From NCBI RefSeq assembly GCF_964355755.1, contig NC_092676.1, forward strand, positions 19,734,871-19,798,870: 64,000 nt of DNA, written 5' to 3'. Every line of letters begins with the position of its first letter. Position 1 is the first letter of the stretch. The notes under the pieces are model-generated. The model did not search any database. It saw only the letters and a program-made list of their open reading frames with translations, and was not told the origin of the DNA. This stretch comes from Antedon mediterranea (Eukaryota > Animalia > Echinodermata). Made by a program: the position numbers and the translations under genes. Below are positions 1-11,980 of this stretch, piece after piece.

Positions 1-153
1 CAAACCTACAAATCTTGTATCTCTAACTCTTGTTAATTAATTTTGTATTAATAAATTACCAAAATAAATATAAATTAGATTCAAGTTACAAAATATGATG
101 ATTAAAAAGTAAATTGCACTTTTGTGGAATTTATTGGACAATATTCAGGTGAC

Positions 154-3100
154 CTACCTTGATCGTCCTCTGCGCTTCTTACCGGACCTCTCTGACCTGG
201 AACGAGAATCCTCAGAGGAGCTACCATCTGAGCTTCTATCCCGTCGGTACCGTTTCTTCTTTGAATCTCTCGGTGATTTTTTATCGTGTTTCCGAGATTT
301 GCTAGTCTCTCTTTCATCAGAAAAAGAATCTGAATCTTCACGTTTCTTTTTTTTACTCTTCTTTAAAACTTTTTTATCGTTCCTGCTATCATCACTGTCT
401 GATTGTACCTGCTTAGTATCAAATAGGCTTTCATTAGAACTACTAGAACTATCTACATATTTTGACCCACCCTTTCCATTCACCCCTGAACTAGAACTTT
501 CTCGGCTACTTGAGCTACTCTTTCGTCGTTTTTCCTTTTTTATTTCCCTACTCTTTGATCGATTACGCCTTCTGTCCCTTCTATCATTTTTTTCTTCTCT
601 GCTGCGTGACCTTTTTCTTCTGTCCCTACTACGCGACCTACTGTGTCTTCCTCTATCCCTATCATAAGACCTACTATGCTTTTGATCTTTTCTCCTATCT
701 CTACTTCTTGACCTTCGTTCCCTACTATGTGACCTACTGTCTTTCCTATTGCTCCGTTCTTTACTTTTTGAACGCCCCCTTTTATGTCTTTTTTCTCTAC
801 TTGGTGACCTACTCCCTCTACTTTTATCTCTACTTTTAGAACGGCTTTTCTGTTTCCTGTTTTTATAATCCCGGCTCTCTCTCCTACTCCTAGAATCTTC
901 AACACTAGTAGACCTCTCCCGTTTGCGTCTGTCATCCTTTGAAGGACTTTGATGTCGGCTCTTCTTCTTGCGATCCTTTTTTCTATCACTTTTCTCTTTG
1001 CTTCTTGATCTGTTCTTTTTACTTTTCCGCTTATTTTGTTCTTTAGATTTTCCATCTTTATTCTCCAAATTTTTCTCCTTGTCTTTGTATTTTTCCTTAG
1101 CAATATCTTTAGTCTCCAGAAATGGAATTGTATCAGTATTACTAGGATTAAATAATTTTTTATTAATTTTATCTTCTATCTCTTGCTGTTGACGAAATCT
1201 TTCTTCTTCTGCTTCTTGTGCCATTCCTGAAGACACAAGTATATTAGTTTTAATGGATTTTAAAAACTAAAGAATGCCACATTAAAAAGGAAGCAATCAA
1301 GTCTCAAATAAGCCTTGCACAATGTGATTACTTTTTGATTGCCAGAATTAATAAGTCTTCATACTTCCTGGTTACAAAACAATTTAAACCACGATTTTAT
1401 AGATTATTTGTATTGTATTAAATATACTGTACATTGTGCTGTGACAGAGACACTTTTTGGTGGATTCTAAACACAAAGAGACACTTGTTGATGGAAGTTC
1501 TGTCCAAACCAGTCTTCACTTCAACCTTGATCACTTATAGGTAATCTATACTAATAAGAACTTACTATGTTCAAGAATTTTTTCTTTCCATGCCCTTTGT
1601 TTTCTTCTAATACTTAATTGTAGTTCTTCGTCACTTGTTTCATCACCACTGTCTGACTTGGTTTCTTTCTTGGCTTCATCTCCACTTTCATCACTGCTAC
1701 TGATGTAGTCTCCGGTAACTACAATGCAAGAAGATAATACTTCAGATTAAATATAAACGAGATATGAGTGGAAAATATTAGATGAAAGGAGATGAAGAGA
1801 AAATATTAGATTATTGGGACTATTACGATAAAAGCCAGAAAACCAACAGGATTGTGGAGGCACAGTAAGTAGGAAGGAGACTGGAAAAAAAGATTCATTT
1901 TTGGATATGTGATGTCAATGTAACATGTAAAGAAACAGTCCATAAGTCCACTAATAAGTTTGACAACAAAACAAACTCCAAAAAAATGAAGCAAATCATT
2001 CTAATTGTATATCGTAAACTTTAATTTTCATCTTAAAGAAATATGAAATTAATTTTGCCCAACGTGTACTTTAAAAATGTACCAACACTTAGTATGTAAG
2101 CAAACACTTCTCTGGTGGGATTCGAACCCAGGATCTCCAAATCACACCTGTAGACCATTGAACTTGAGGACTAAGGTGAAGTAATCGGTACATTTTTACA
2201 CATTATTGATTCACGTCTGGTCAGGCAAAATTCATTCCATACTTGATTTTCCCGACACAAAAATCCAAATAAAACTACTTACCAAGACCAGATATGGAAG
2301 CTAATGCAGTGGAGTGTGCAATCTGCCTGTTTGGAGCTTGATGGGAATAAAACCTGGGTTAGCATTTCAAAATCAAAATACCACACCCATGATGACAAAC
2401 ATCACAGTTATCTTAAATACAATATACTACCTTGATGAATTCAATAGAAAAATGGTGATATACAAAATCATAACACATTAATTTTTGGTATTAGTAGTGT
2501 TAATTGAAATATTGAATTGCTATAAGGTACGAATGGGTAATAAGAATATATTTAGAGTTCTACAAAAAGTTGTATATTAGTATTGAATATATTTTATATT
2601 TAGACGCTGGAATAGAAAACATTGAATGTGAACAAGAAAAACTATTATTTGGATAAAAAAGTAACAGAATTTTTATGTTTTACTTTTGGATAGGTAAATC
2701 AAGGGTTTATTTGCAAGACATTACTTAAAAAATTGGCTTAAAAATTGGCTTATCGCCTTTTTTGAATAATATCAAACAAATAAAACATAGGCCTATTCAT
2801 AATTAATATTTAAAACAAAATATTTTAAATTTAAAAGCCTGAATCATTATTAAAAATGAATGAATTAATGAAAAATTATTTTATTTGGGGAAAGTGAAGA
2901 GAGAAAGGTAGGAGCAAGAATGAAACCGGGAATTTTGAGATTAATAGTTTACTACTGTAGTGTTTAAATGGTATGATATTTGTTTATTAGGGTGGACTAC
3001 CTGGATTCATTTTGGGTAAGAGAGAGAAATACCTTTGATTGACCGGTTCATGGCCTTCTGGTGAACCTCCTCAACAACTTCTTTAATTTCAACATTCGTA

Positions 3101-6100
3101 ACATCAAGAAGTATCTCTGTTAGCCAGAGACGAATTTTCGTCAACTAAAAAACAGAAAATTACATTTAAAGTAAAACTGAACGTAAAAAATGTTGGGGTG
3201 TCTAGAAAACTCAGATCTCAGATATATCTGAGTTTTCTAGATCTTAGTAAACTCAGATATCTAAGTTTCTAGATCTAGAAAACACAGATATATCTGAGAT
3301 CGGAGTTTTCTAGATCCGAGTCTATACACCCAAAATGTTGTTCTTCCTCTAAACTGACACTACTTCTGTATCATTTACAACATTAAAAGAACACACTGCC
3401 CATCTCAGTTCGCCAATGTATTAACTTAAATTGAACTTATATAATTAATTTGGGGTGGATGCGTACTATAAGCATTCAAAAGCGCATTGTAAACATTCTA
3501 GAAATCTTTATATATATTATTATATTATAACAGACATACCAATGCCTTTTGTTTCTCTTCTTCTGTCATTTCTGGTTCCTCTTCCACTTCAACTGATGAT
3601 GTTGATGATGGACTTGCTGGTTTCTCTTTCTCATTCGTGGCAGCTGATGGAGAGTTCTCTTTTGTTTCTTTCTTTTCATCTTCATTTTCACTCTCCTAAA
3701 ACAAAAGAAAATAAATCCTTATGATGTTTGTTTAAGTTCCCCAAAACATTAAAACATAACAATTAAATTTTAATAAAAAAATGAAACAAAAATAAAAAGT
3801 TTAATCAGAAACACACTGACTTCCAGACAATGCACCTCTATTCTGGATAAGTATTTGTGTTTAAATTATTATTTTATCAAGTAAAATAATATTTTCCATC
3901 AAATTTTTGTTCAAAGTAAATAACTACTAGTATTCAGATAGCAATGCCAACAGAAATCTGTTTTTTAAATAATTTTTTTCAAGGGGATAATATATCTTTA
4001 ATAAGCTTTAAAATTAAATAAAGAGGGAGAATTAGTAACTGTTTTTGATTTGGTGTATAATTATAACAGCTTTAATGCACTTGTCAATTGTATGACCCAC
4101 TATACGACCCCCGGGAGAGGTGCGTCATTTGTCCGATGTGCGTCATACTTTTGAATACCATGACGCACCCGTGCGTCAAAAAGGTGACTTACCTTTAGGT
4201 GACCATGACGCACTGTGACCATGTTGTTTATGATATGGTGGGTGGTAAAGTGACGGACATTGACACACCTTGTTCATTGATGTGACGTACCATCTAGGTT
4301 TTTTGACGCACCCCTGCGTCAGTAATTATTTGTAAATGACGCACCCATGACGCACCTCTCCCGGGGGTCGTATAGTGAGTCATACAATTGACAAGTGCAT
4401 AACTACCTTACAAAATGCTATGTAAGCAATCCTTAAAATAATAAAAAAATTGTTGTAAGTTTTTGTAGATTCCTGTTACTCCTGCGTCTAAAATAAAATA
4501 ACAAGACTTACGTCACTATCATCATTATCATCATCAAATTTAGATTTTGGTGGCAAGCCAGCCGCTATACGAGCCTGATTCTTTATGTCTTGTTCAACCT
4601 GTTTTTCCTCTTCTAACTTCTGTTTTCTTAGCCTGTCCTTTTCGTCTTTTTCAATCTGCTTCTGTTTCTCCTTCTCCATCTTTTCAAGTCCCTCTCGGAT
4701 CCATGCTGGGAGAGTTTTACGTTTGTTTGCATCTGATTGTGAAATTATGAAAAGATCAAAAGAAAACCACCTAGTAAATTTAGACTGTTCCTGACTTTGT
4801 ACCTACTGTACTAACTTCAGCCCCTAATATGCTTCTGCACATTTCAATCCATGATAAGGATGAGGGTCTGTTGTAAGCTGATGGATGGCTGGTATGGAGA
4901 TGGATGGCTGGAGATGGATGGCTGGAGGTAGATTGGGACACCTGACTACAAAGTTTATTTAAAAGCCATCCAACCAGCCTAAAACGTTTACACAGTGCCT
5001 AACCACAAACAACTTTGAATAGCTGAAAGAACAGTTTTATTTTCTCTCACACCCCCCACCATAAGCCCTTCCCATCTAGATCCCTGTAAGTTCCTTACCT
5101 ATTACACTTTCCTCTTCTTCAGGTATAGAATGATTATCTTTCTCAAGCGGGTAAGGAGAATTCTCATGCGAATGCCTCATTCTAGGTCCACCTGCTATAT
5201 GGTGATGCACAGGTGGCCTATGGTGATGAGATGGTAATGGTGGAGGTTGATGATGGGGCGGCATGTGATGAGGATGTTGATGGGGTGGAAAGGGTGCTAG
5301 ACAATCATGTTCTGGTATCCATTCAACATTAGATGATTCCCGCTGTAAGAAATTTCAAATCAATTTATTACAGTCTCATATTTTTCTATACTTCAGAATA
5401 TCAGTACTGTAGATAATGGATAAGGATATCAGCACGGTCAACTGTACATGTAGTCTAAATTTGTCTATAGACACAGTCAACCCTGCATGTTATTATCTAT
5501 CAGAAAGGTATATCATGTGTGAAATTCATTGTTTCTAACTTGTTTTCTAAAGGCGACCATGCTTCTAAAATTTGGTTGTCTATTCGGCACAGAGAAGTAG
5601 GCGCACAGTTGACTGTGACAATAGCAAACTTTACATCAGATGAACAATCAGGTAATAGAAAATAATACAATACACGCACAGTTAACTGCGACAATAGCAA
5701 ACTTTACATCAGATGAACAATCAGCTAATAGAAAATAATACAATACATGCACAGTTAACTGTGACGATAGTTACTTCCCAGTATAAACACTAAGAATTGA
5801 AAATTAACCTCCTTTTGTTTAGTTATATTTCTGGTATAAATTCTTAGCTAAAATGACAACGCACTGTAAAAATAATGTCAATCAAATTCTACCTGCATAA
5901 ACTGTTCTGGTGGTAGCGGTGGCATAGGATGGTCAAGCTGTGAAGGCATTGGTGGAAGCATTGAAGGTGCCATATTGTGCCCCGGGTCCGGTAAAAGTGG
6001 TCCACCGTGTGGTCTCTGTGTACCATTTGCAGATTGGTGATTGTAGTCGAAGCATTGCGCATCTTGTTTGTAATGTCCACCGTGATCGTAATCAAATGTT

Positions 6101-7678
6101 TCTATGACTGGTTGTGGAGGGGGTGGAGGTGCCCAACCTTCCCATCGACCGAATGATTCCATACCGCCATCACCACCTGGTAAACAAATTAAATTGTCTG
6201 TTTTATGCGAGTATAGGCAAGTACTGTACTTCCTTACATTTCTAAAGTATTTTGACATAATTTATTATACTGTAGGTAGACATAATATACTGTAATAAAC
6301 AATTTAGCTAATATTATTTTAAGAGATATTATAATACATGTGACCAAATAACCACAATATAAAAAAATGAATTAGCTTATATGAATAGTGCACAATAAGA
6401 AATATGATCTTCCATTATTTTTTTAGTTATAACAAGTCTGTGGGAGAATCATGACATTTGTTTACATTCAATTATATTTTAATTAATAAATCTATTTAAA
6501 AGTTTTGCCGCTACTGTACTGTACTTTCGCACGTAACTTGAAATCGCATGGCATACTGTAAGGTCACTCACGATCACTGCTTTGCAGCGGGTGAATGTCT
6601 TTAAATTGTGTTAAGAGATTGTGGTGCGAAAGTAGTGTCAGTAGAACCTAAAATGTTACCTTGTTGCGGCGGTCTTGGTGGGTTGTGATTAGCAGCTATA
6701 ACAACCGCTTGATCAATAGCTTCCTTCTGCTGGATCCATTGCTGAGCAAGAGCTGCCCAGTCAGTTTCTTTAAGAAGACAAATAAATTTAATGAATAATA
6801 AAGTTATTTAGAAGGTATTTATAGTCAGGAAAATCTCAAAACCAACAACTTTTTAATTACAAATGTGATTGTATGACATACTCCCATGATTTTCTATCAA
6901 TTTAAAAATGACACTCCATGACAATCCAGGGTTTTAGACCTACAGGTACACTCGATTGTAATGGGGAGACAAGTCCAACATTATTTTTTTTCAATGCGAC
7001 AATAAAGTTGATCTATCTTTACACAATTTCATTTAACTTATTAAGTTATACTGTTTGAAGGTTTGTATGGTGAAATCAATATGAAGTTTGTAATTGTATA
7101 CTGTGGAGTAGCTTTGCGTCAGAGAGTTGAGTAATTGGTCAGATGTTTTGCCCTACTCGGACGTAATTTGTACTTCATACTAAGTATTCACAAGTAATTC
7201 TCAAATGTACTTAGTATGAAGCAGTCCATCATTTTTAAGAAGCGCCTGCGCAATCGCGCTCCTTATCGACCTCTAAGGAGAGCTAATTTTTGGCTATTTT
7301 TTTAGGAGAGCAAAATGCTCTCCTCGAAAACACAAGGAGAGCAATTTAGTGCTCTCCTGCCTTTTCCTTACGTGATGGACTGATGAAGTACATCATCAGA
7401 GTAAGGAAAAACATCTGACCAATATGAAGTTTGCGGTACACCACGTACGGTGTACTACTGTATATTATCATATAGTTCTGAAAAAACTTATTTAACATAC
7501 TTTGTATAAAAGAAATGTTATTTATATTTTTGTACAATCATTATTCTTAATCCTAATTTCTAATTAGAAATACAGTAGAATGTTAAAACAGGGAGGTTAA
7601 AATACCTAGATTAGCCTGATATTGCTGCTGGGCTTGTGAGCCCCATTGTGTCTGCCATTGTTGCTGATTTGACCACAT
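154..7678 (-). CDS. PNISR: Arginine/serine-rich protein PNISR (SFRS18/SRrp130), 10 coding exons
   Basis: Manually spliced GT-AG exons with consistent phases: 7678-7606, 6767-6660, 6176-5893, 5342-5099, 4732-4512, 3695-3540, 3144-3033, 2336-2283, 1718-1566, 1226-154. The translation has the PNISR motifs DWAALAQQWI, FDYxH, KRKTLPAWIREGLEKME, SKFD, PEMTEEEK, LTEILLDVT, STALASISGL and a C-terminal RS domain. Confidence 0.95.
2105..2170 (-). mobile_element. Degenerate tRNA-derived SINE head fragment
   Basis: B-box-like GGGTTCGAATCCCACC on the minus strand; no intact cloverleaf. Confidence 0.45.
3196..3331. mobile_element. Mutator-like MITE in PNISR intron
   Basis: Ends GGGTGT...ACACCC, internal palindromic subrepeats (tagaaaactcagat), exact 9-bp TSD aaaatgttg at 3187-3195 and 3332-3340. 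Confidence 0.8.
4076..4399. mobile_element. PIF/Harbinger-type MITE
   Basis: About 50-bp TIRs (tgcacttgtcaattgtatgac...gtcatacaattgacaagtgca), TAA on both sides, internal tgacgcac subrepeats. Confidence 0.85.
5603..5772. repeat. Tandem duplication, about 73-bp unit, about 2.3 copies
   Basis: gcacagtt.actg.gacaatagcaaactttacatcagatgaacaatcag.taatagaaaataatacaatac repeated directly. Confidence 0.85.
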
Positions 7679-7820
7679 CTTATTCAAAATGAATACATTG
7701 GCGTTGGCCTGAATACATTACAAGGATCTGAAAATGAAAAGCAAAATGTTTAGAGTACACTAGCCTCTCTAGGCCTAGGCCTAGCTAGGTATGTATGAAT
7801 ATTCAATCGAAAGAATATTT

Positions 7821-8714
7821 GGCGCTAGTTCCGTTTCGCACCTGTCGTTTATTTCGACTCAAAATTGGTTAAGTAACTTTATCGTGAGTACCACACCTTA
7901 GAATTAGGCCTCAAAAATACTTTCACGAAGGAGGTCACACAAAAAGTAAAAAACAAATCCTTTAAATTTATGAATTTACAGACGTGTGTTTCTCGCACAT
8001 CGGTTCGTGAATTTCGCATACTCCATGTTCAATGTTGTTGTTTCTATGGAGCGCCAAAAGAGCAATCATAATAGAGGGCTAAAAACTCAGTAAATTGCGT
8101 ATATTTAATGCATTTATTGGTCAAAATTACGTTCAATTTTATCATATTTTGTCAATGTTAATGCAACAAAAATATTACTGTTGATACTGTACATGGTTTT
8201 TGCAGGAACTTTTAGGAATGAAAATTGACAAATTCATCATCATATTACATGTACTTAGGGGAGGTATACCTTAATCTAAATAATATGCCTCTTAGTCTTA
8301 CTCTTAGGCCTAGGGTTGGTTGCTATTTGAAAACAGCAAATTATTAGCAGTAAAATGTTACAGCATTTTTATTGACAAAATATATTAAAATTAAACGTGT
8401 ATTTCAATAATAAATGCATTAAAAGAAGACGCATTCCACTGAGGTTTTAACCATCTATTGTTGTTGCTCTTTTGGCGCTCCATAGAAACGAAAATATTGA
8501 ACTTCGAGTATGCTAAATTCGCGAACGGTATGCAAGAAACATGTCTGTAAAATCATCAATTTAAGGATTTATTTGTTACTTGTTATGTGATTCTTCTTCA
8601 TAAAAGTACTTATGAGGCCCAATGTTAAGGTGTAGTATTCACAATAAAGCTGCTTAACAATTTGGAGTCAAAAGGAAGTCGAAATAAAAACAGGTGCGAA
8701 ACGGAACTAGCGCC
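7821..8714. mobile_element. Foldback-like non-autonomous DNA transposon (Merlin/Mutator-like) in PNISR intron 1
   Basis: About 340-bp imperfect inverted arms starting ggcgctagttccgtttcgcacctg and ending caggtgcgaaacggaactagcgcc; 8-bp TSD gaatattt at 7813-7820 and 8715-8722. Confidence 0.85.
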
Positions 8715-9105
8715 GAATATTTAGCAGGTCAGAAGCAATTGATTGATGTAATTAAATACTAAATAGTAAGATAATCAAATTTAAGAAATGCCTAGCCAGC
8801 ACCAGTACAGGCTAGCCTAGTAGGCGTTTTTCTTGCGGCTGCTCAACTTGTCGGCTGCTCAACTAGCTAGTTAGGCTAGATAGCCTACTTATCCCTACTA
8901 CTAGGCTAGGCCTAGGCCCCTAGCCTAGATTAGAGAGATCCATTGCTTGTGTAATAAATTGTGTACAATTTTAGGACGTAACGCATCTATTAGCTCTTAA
9001 CCAATAATATAATCTATATCGCTATTGATAGATTTTGCTTTAACTAGTAACATAAATACTATAAAACGACATTTAAATAGCGTTACCATAACTAACATGC
9101 CTTAC

Positions 9106-9185
9106 CCATTTTCTCTAAAAAACGTAGCGAGGGAGCTGCTGCTCTGTATGGTGGCGCGAGTCGAGCGAAGAGAGAGAAGCAGCTC
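9106..9185 (-). other. PNISR: Probable PNISR first exon (5' UTR)
   Basis: GC/CpG-richer patch opening with a pyrimidine run (ctctctcttcgctc) and ending in a consensus donor G|GTAAG at 9105; the matching acceptor is at 7728. TSS approximate. Confidence 0.65.
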
Positions 9186-9429
9186 TCTAAATAGGTCAAA
9201 GGTTATAAATTGCCAGTAAATTACGAAAAATTTGCTAATCTAATGTTTTGGTGATAATTATAGCGTCTCATTTCTATTTCTATTTTATTAAATTAAATTA
9301 AAATTACAACGTTTTTTTAGCATTAGGAAACGGTTACTATGCGAAAGCAGAGCTTATAGTTTTACCAGGGAGCATGGAGTCCATCCAAAACATGCAGGGA
9401 GTCAACTCCCTGGTGGTTTATAACTAAGT

Positions 9430-10105
9430 AAGGCTGAAAAATGGATTTCTAAACTCGAACTGGGCATGCGCACACCCCAAAGCACGTCTGTTAGAGAGTC
9501 TAAATGGGAATTTCTAAAAAACTCGAACTGGGCTTGCGCACAGAAAGTATGATATGTATGCAGACTTCAACCATGGAGGTAAGGTATAAATACCTCCATG
9601 CTTCAACAATAAACAATGACTTCATGTTGTCACGTCAGAGGACGGGAATATTTATCGTCGGATATCATTGAATGTTTTTGCATGAGTGGGTCAAAACCTT
9701 AGGGAATAACGCCCCTAAACCCGGAGTATACATAGGCCTAGTACTATTAGTTTAGTTTAGAATTATATATTTTTTTGTACAGTAGGCCACAGACTTTCTT
9801 CTGACATCAACGTTGATTATTATGTGATTGATTATTTGATTGCTAAAGCTGCTAACTAAATAAAATTCGAAGCAAAACTAAATCCAATCATATAAATACA
9901 TATCCTCAAAACAATGAATTTTATACCAGATACTTTAATCAATTCAGACTATATTTACGTTACACAAAATGTAAATTGATAATAAATCATTATTTCTTAA
10001 ATTAGAATATCAATAAAAGCATCATTATGAAAAAAGAACAATTAATTAAAACTGTTTACGTCAAAAAGTCGAGCGGCGTTTTTTGTAAGAAATATTTTTG
10101 TTGAA
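9430..10105. repeat. Old dispersed repeat, homologous to 27606-27965
   Basis: Shared blocks aaggctgaaaaat...actgggcatgcgcaca...gagtc and aataaatca...attaaaactgt...gtc.agc.gc.tttt..gtaa.aaatat in the same order at both loci. Confidence 0.6.
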
Positions 10106-11146
10106 AAAGGAGAAGACGTTTTAAGAAATTTTATATGTACGTTCAGAAATGTCAAGCTTTGGTTGTTTTACAATAATGGTAAGTATGTAAGTAATATTGA
10201 GTATTATAGTAGGCCTAAACCAATCATCTGTCATGAAAAATAAGATAGATACATAGAAAAAAAAGAAACGAAAATACTATAGTTTGTTTTACATTATTTT
10301 TATTCTTTCTAAAATTGAAATAATTTATTAAGCTTTTCAGCTAATCAAAGAAATAATTGTTACGAAAAAGAAAGAAAGCAAATATGCGGGGTCGTTTATT
10401 GTCTCAGCAGACAAATTGTTATATTTTTGTTTACTCTATCTTCGGTATTACATTCTTTGAAAATTACCTTTTTCATTTAATATTCTTGCCTGAATATCTT
10501 CGACTGTCCGATGTTTTTTTGATTCTCCTTCTCCTTTTCTTTCCCTTTTTATTAGAATATATCGTATTTTGTTTACTTTTCTTCCCAACTTTTTTGTTAC
10601 GTTTTTGGGAGCTTAGGCTTAAAGTTTTATACTTATATAGATTTCCTTCAACACATACTATGTTTTTATTAATTATTATCTTACGTGTTTATATAAATAA
10701 TTATTATATTATGTATTTTTAATATGTGTGGAGAATATTTATTGAATATTGAATAAACGAATTGAATTGAAATCCCTTGACTTCATTGGGAAACTAGAGC
10801 ACTATAGCCATTCATTGCTGGCTTACCGAAACACGTAACGTTTGCTATATGTATAAAGCGAGGGGCAAAGGTTGCAGTCAGAAGAGACAAGAAACTGTAT
10901 GCCTGTTGTTTGTCTGTAGACATTGTACCGCGAGTCTTGGGAGCTCGTCCATCATGCGCTGTGCGCCATGGGAACCATTTACATAATTCACACTGTACGC
11001 AGTCAGAGAGGGGTCTGTTGTTGGTCAGTCTACATGATAAAATACAGTACATTTTCTAGTATCATTGATAACATAATACTGTAATAATAACTATTAGTTT
11101 GATTTCGTACGGACGAAGCGTCCAAAAGTGCAACAGTAACTTAGAC

Positions 11147-11980
11147 CTATAATACACAACGGATCCATTTTCCACGAAAGTCTTCATTCCGTATCAAAAT
11201 GGCAGAATTGAATAGACTGCCTATTAAAATGAAACTCAAACCTGTGTTGTTTGCCAATATATATACGTTAGTGTTTTCAACAATATCAAAAAACAGGTTA
11301 AAGGGACAAAGAATGCAAAAAGGCAAATACGTGAAAATAACTAACATTGAAATTATAAAGAAGAGTTTTTGCGTTCGATCGGTTCCAGTTCGTCGTGAGT
11401 TTGAGTTCATTTTCGTTCTATTTCTCGTTCTTCTTACCACAATGCACATGTGTACGTATAGGTAACTAGTTATTAAGTAAGAAGATAGTATAATTAAGAA
11501 GTATGCTTCTCTCATGTACAATTGGTCATTTCTATACCACATAACTCCAAATACGAATGGAAATATCCAGGTGAAGACCACAGCAATCATTAGCCTCCAA
11601 GTAGTGATAATATCTTTAAAACGATAAGGCGCTACAACAATCATTGTGTACCGTTCAAGTCCACAGAAAAGAACAGTTAACGCTGAATGCAAAATTAAAA
11701 AGTCTATAGCTAATAAGTAGGTTTTCTTAACAGAGTTAGGTATTTCTGTTTCAGTTAAAATACAGCAGAAAAACAAGAAAACACAAACACTTGTAATTAG
11801 ATATGATGCTTGTAAGTTTCCAATCAAGATGTACTTTCTCTGGAAAAGTTTCCGCGATATAATGAATAACATAATACAAACGATTTTTGATAAAACGTCT
11901 AAAACGCTTAATACTGCGATAATTAGATACATTCCAAAATTAACGAAGTTGAAATAATCGTAATCAGTGCTTTGATTCAT
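11147..11980 (-). CDS. Intronless rhodopsin-class 7TM receptor, subfamily A copy 1 (orphan, possible chemoreceptor)
   Basis: 277-aa ORF, seven hydrophobic segments, CGLERY (E/DRY), TM4 Trp, TYLP, helix-8 EDFR, N-terminal NQS sequon. Confidence 0.9.
   Translation of the reverse strand: MNQSTDYDYFNFVNFGMYLIIAVLSVLDVLSKIVCIMLFIISRKLFQRKYILIGNLQASYLITSVCVFLFFCCILTETEIPNSVKKTYLLAIDFLILHSALTVLFCGLERYTMIVVAPYRFKDIITTWRLMIAVVFTWIFPFVFGVMWYRNDQLYMREAYFLIILSSYLITSYLYVHMCIVVRRTRNRTKMNSNSRRTGTDRTQKLFFIISMLVIFTYLPFCILCPFNLFFDIVENTNVYILANNTGLSFILIGSLFNSAILIRNEDFRGKWIRCVL

Noticed and set aside
102-1192. Several overlapping ORFs (181, 109, 187, 79, 74 aa)
   Set aside because: Antisense or alternative frames of the low-complexity RS exon of PNISR.
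10783-11052. 89-aa ORF in a GC-richer patch with CxxCxxC
   Set aside because: No recognisable family, no supporting gene structure; more likely repeat-derived or 3' UTR sequence.
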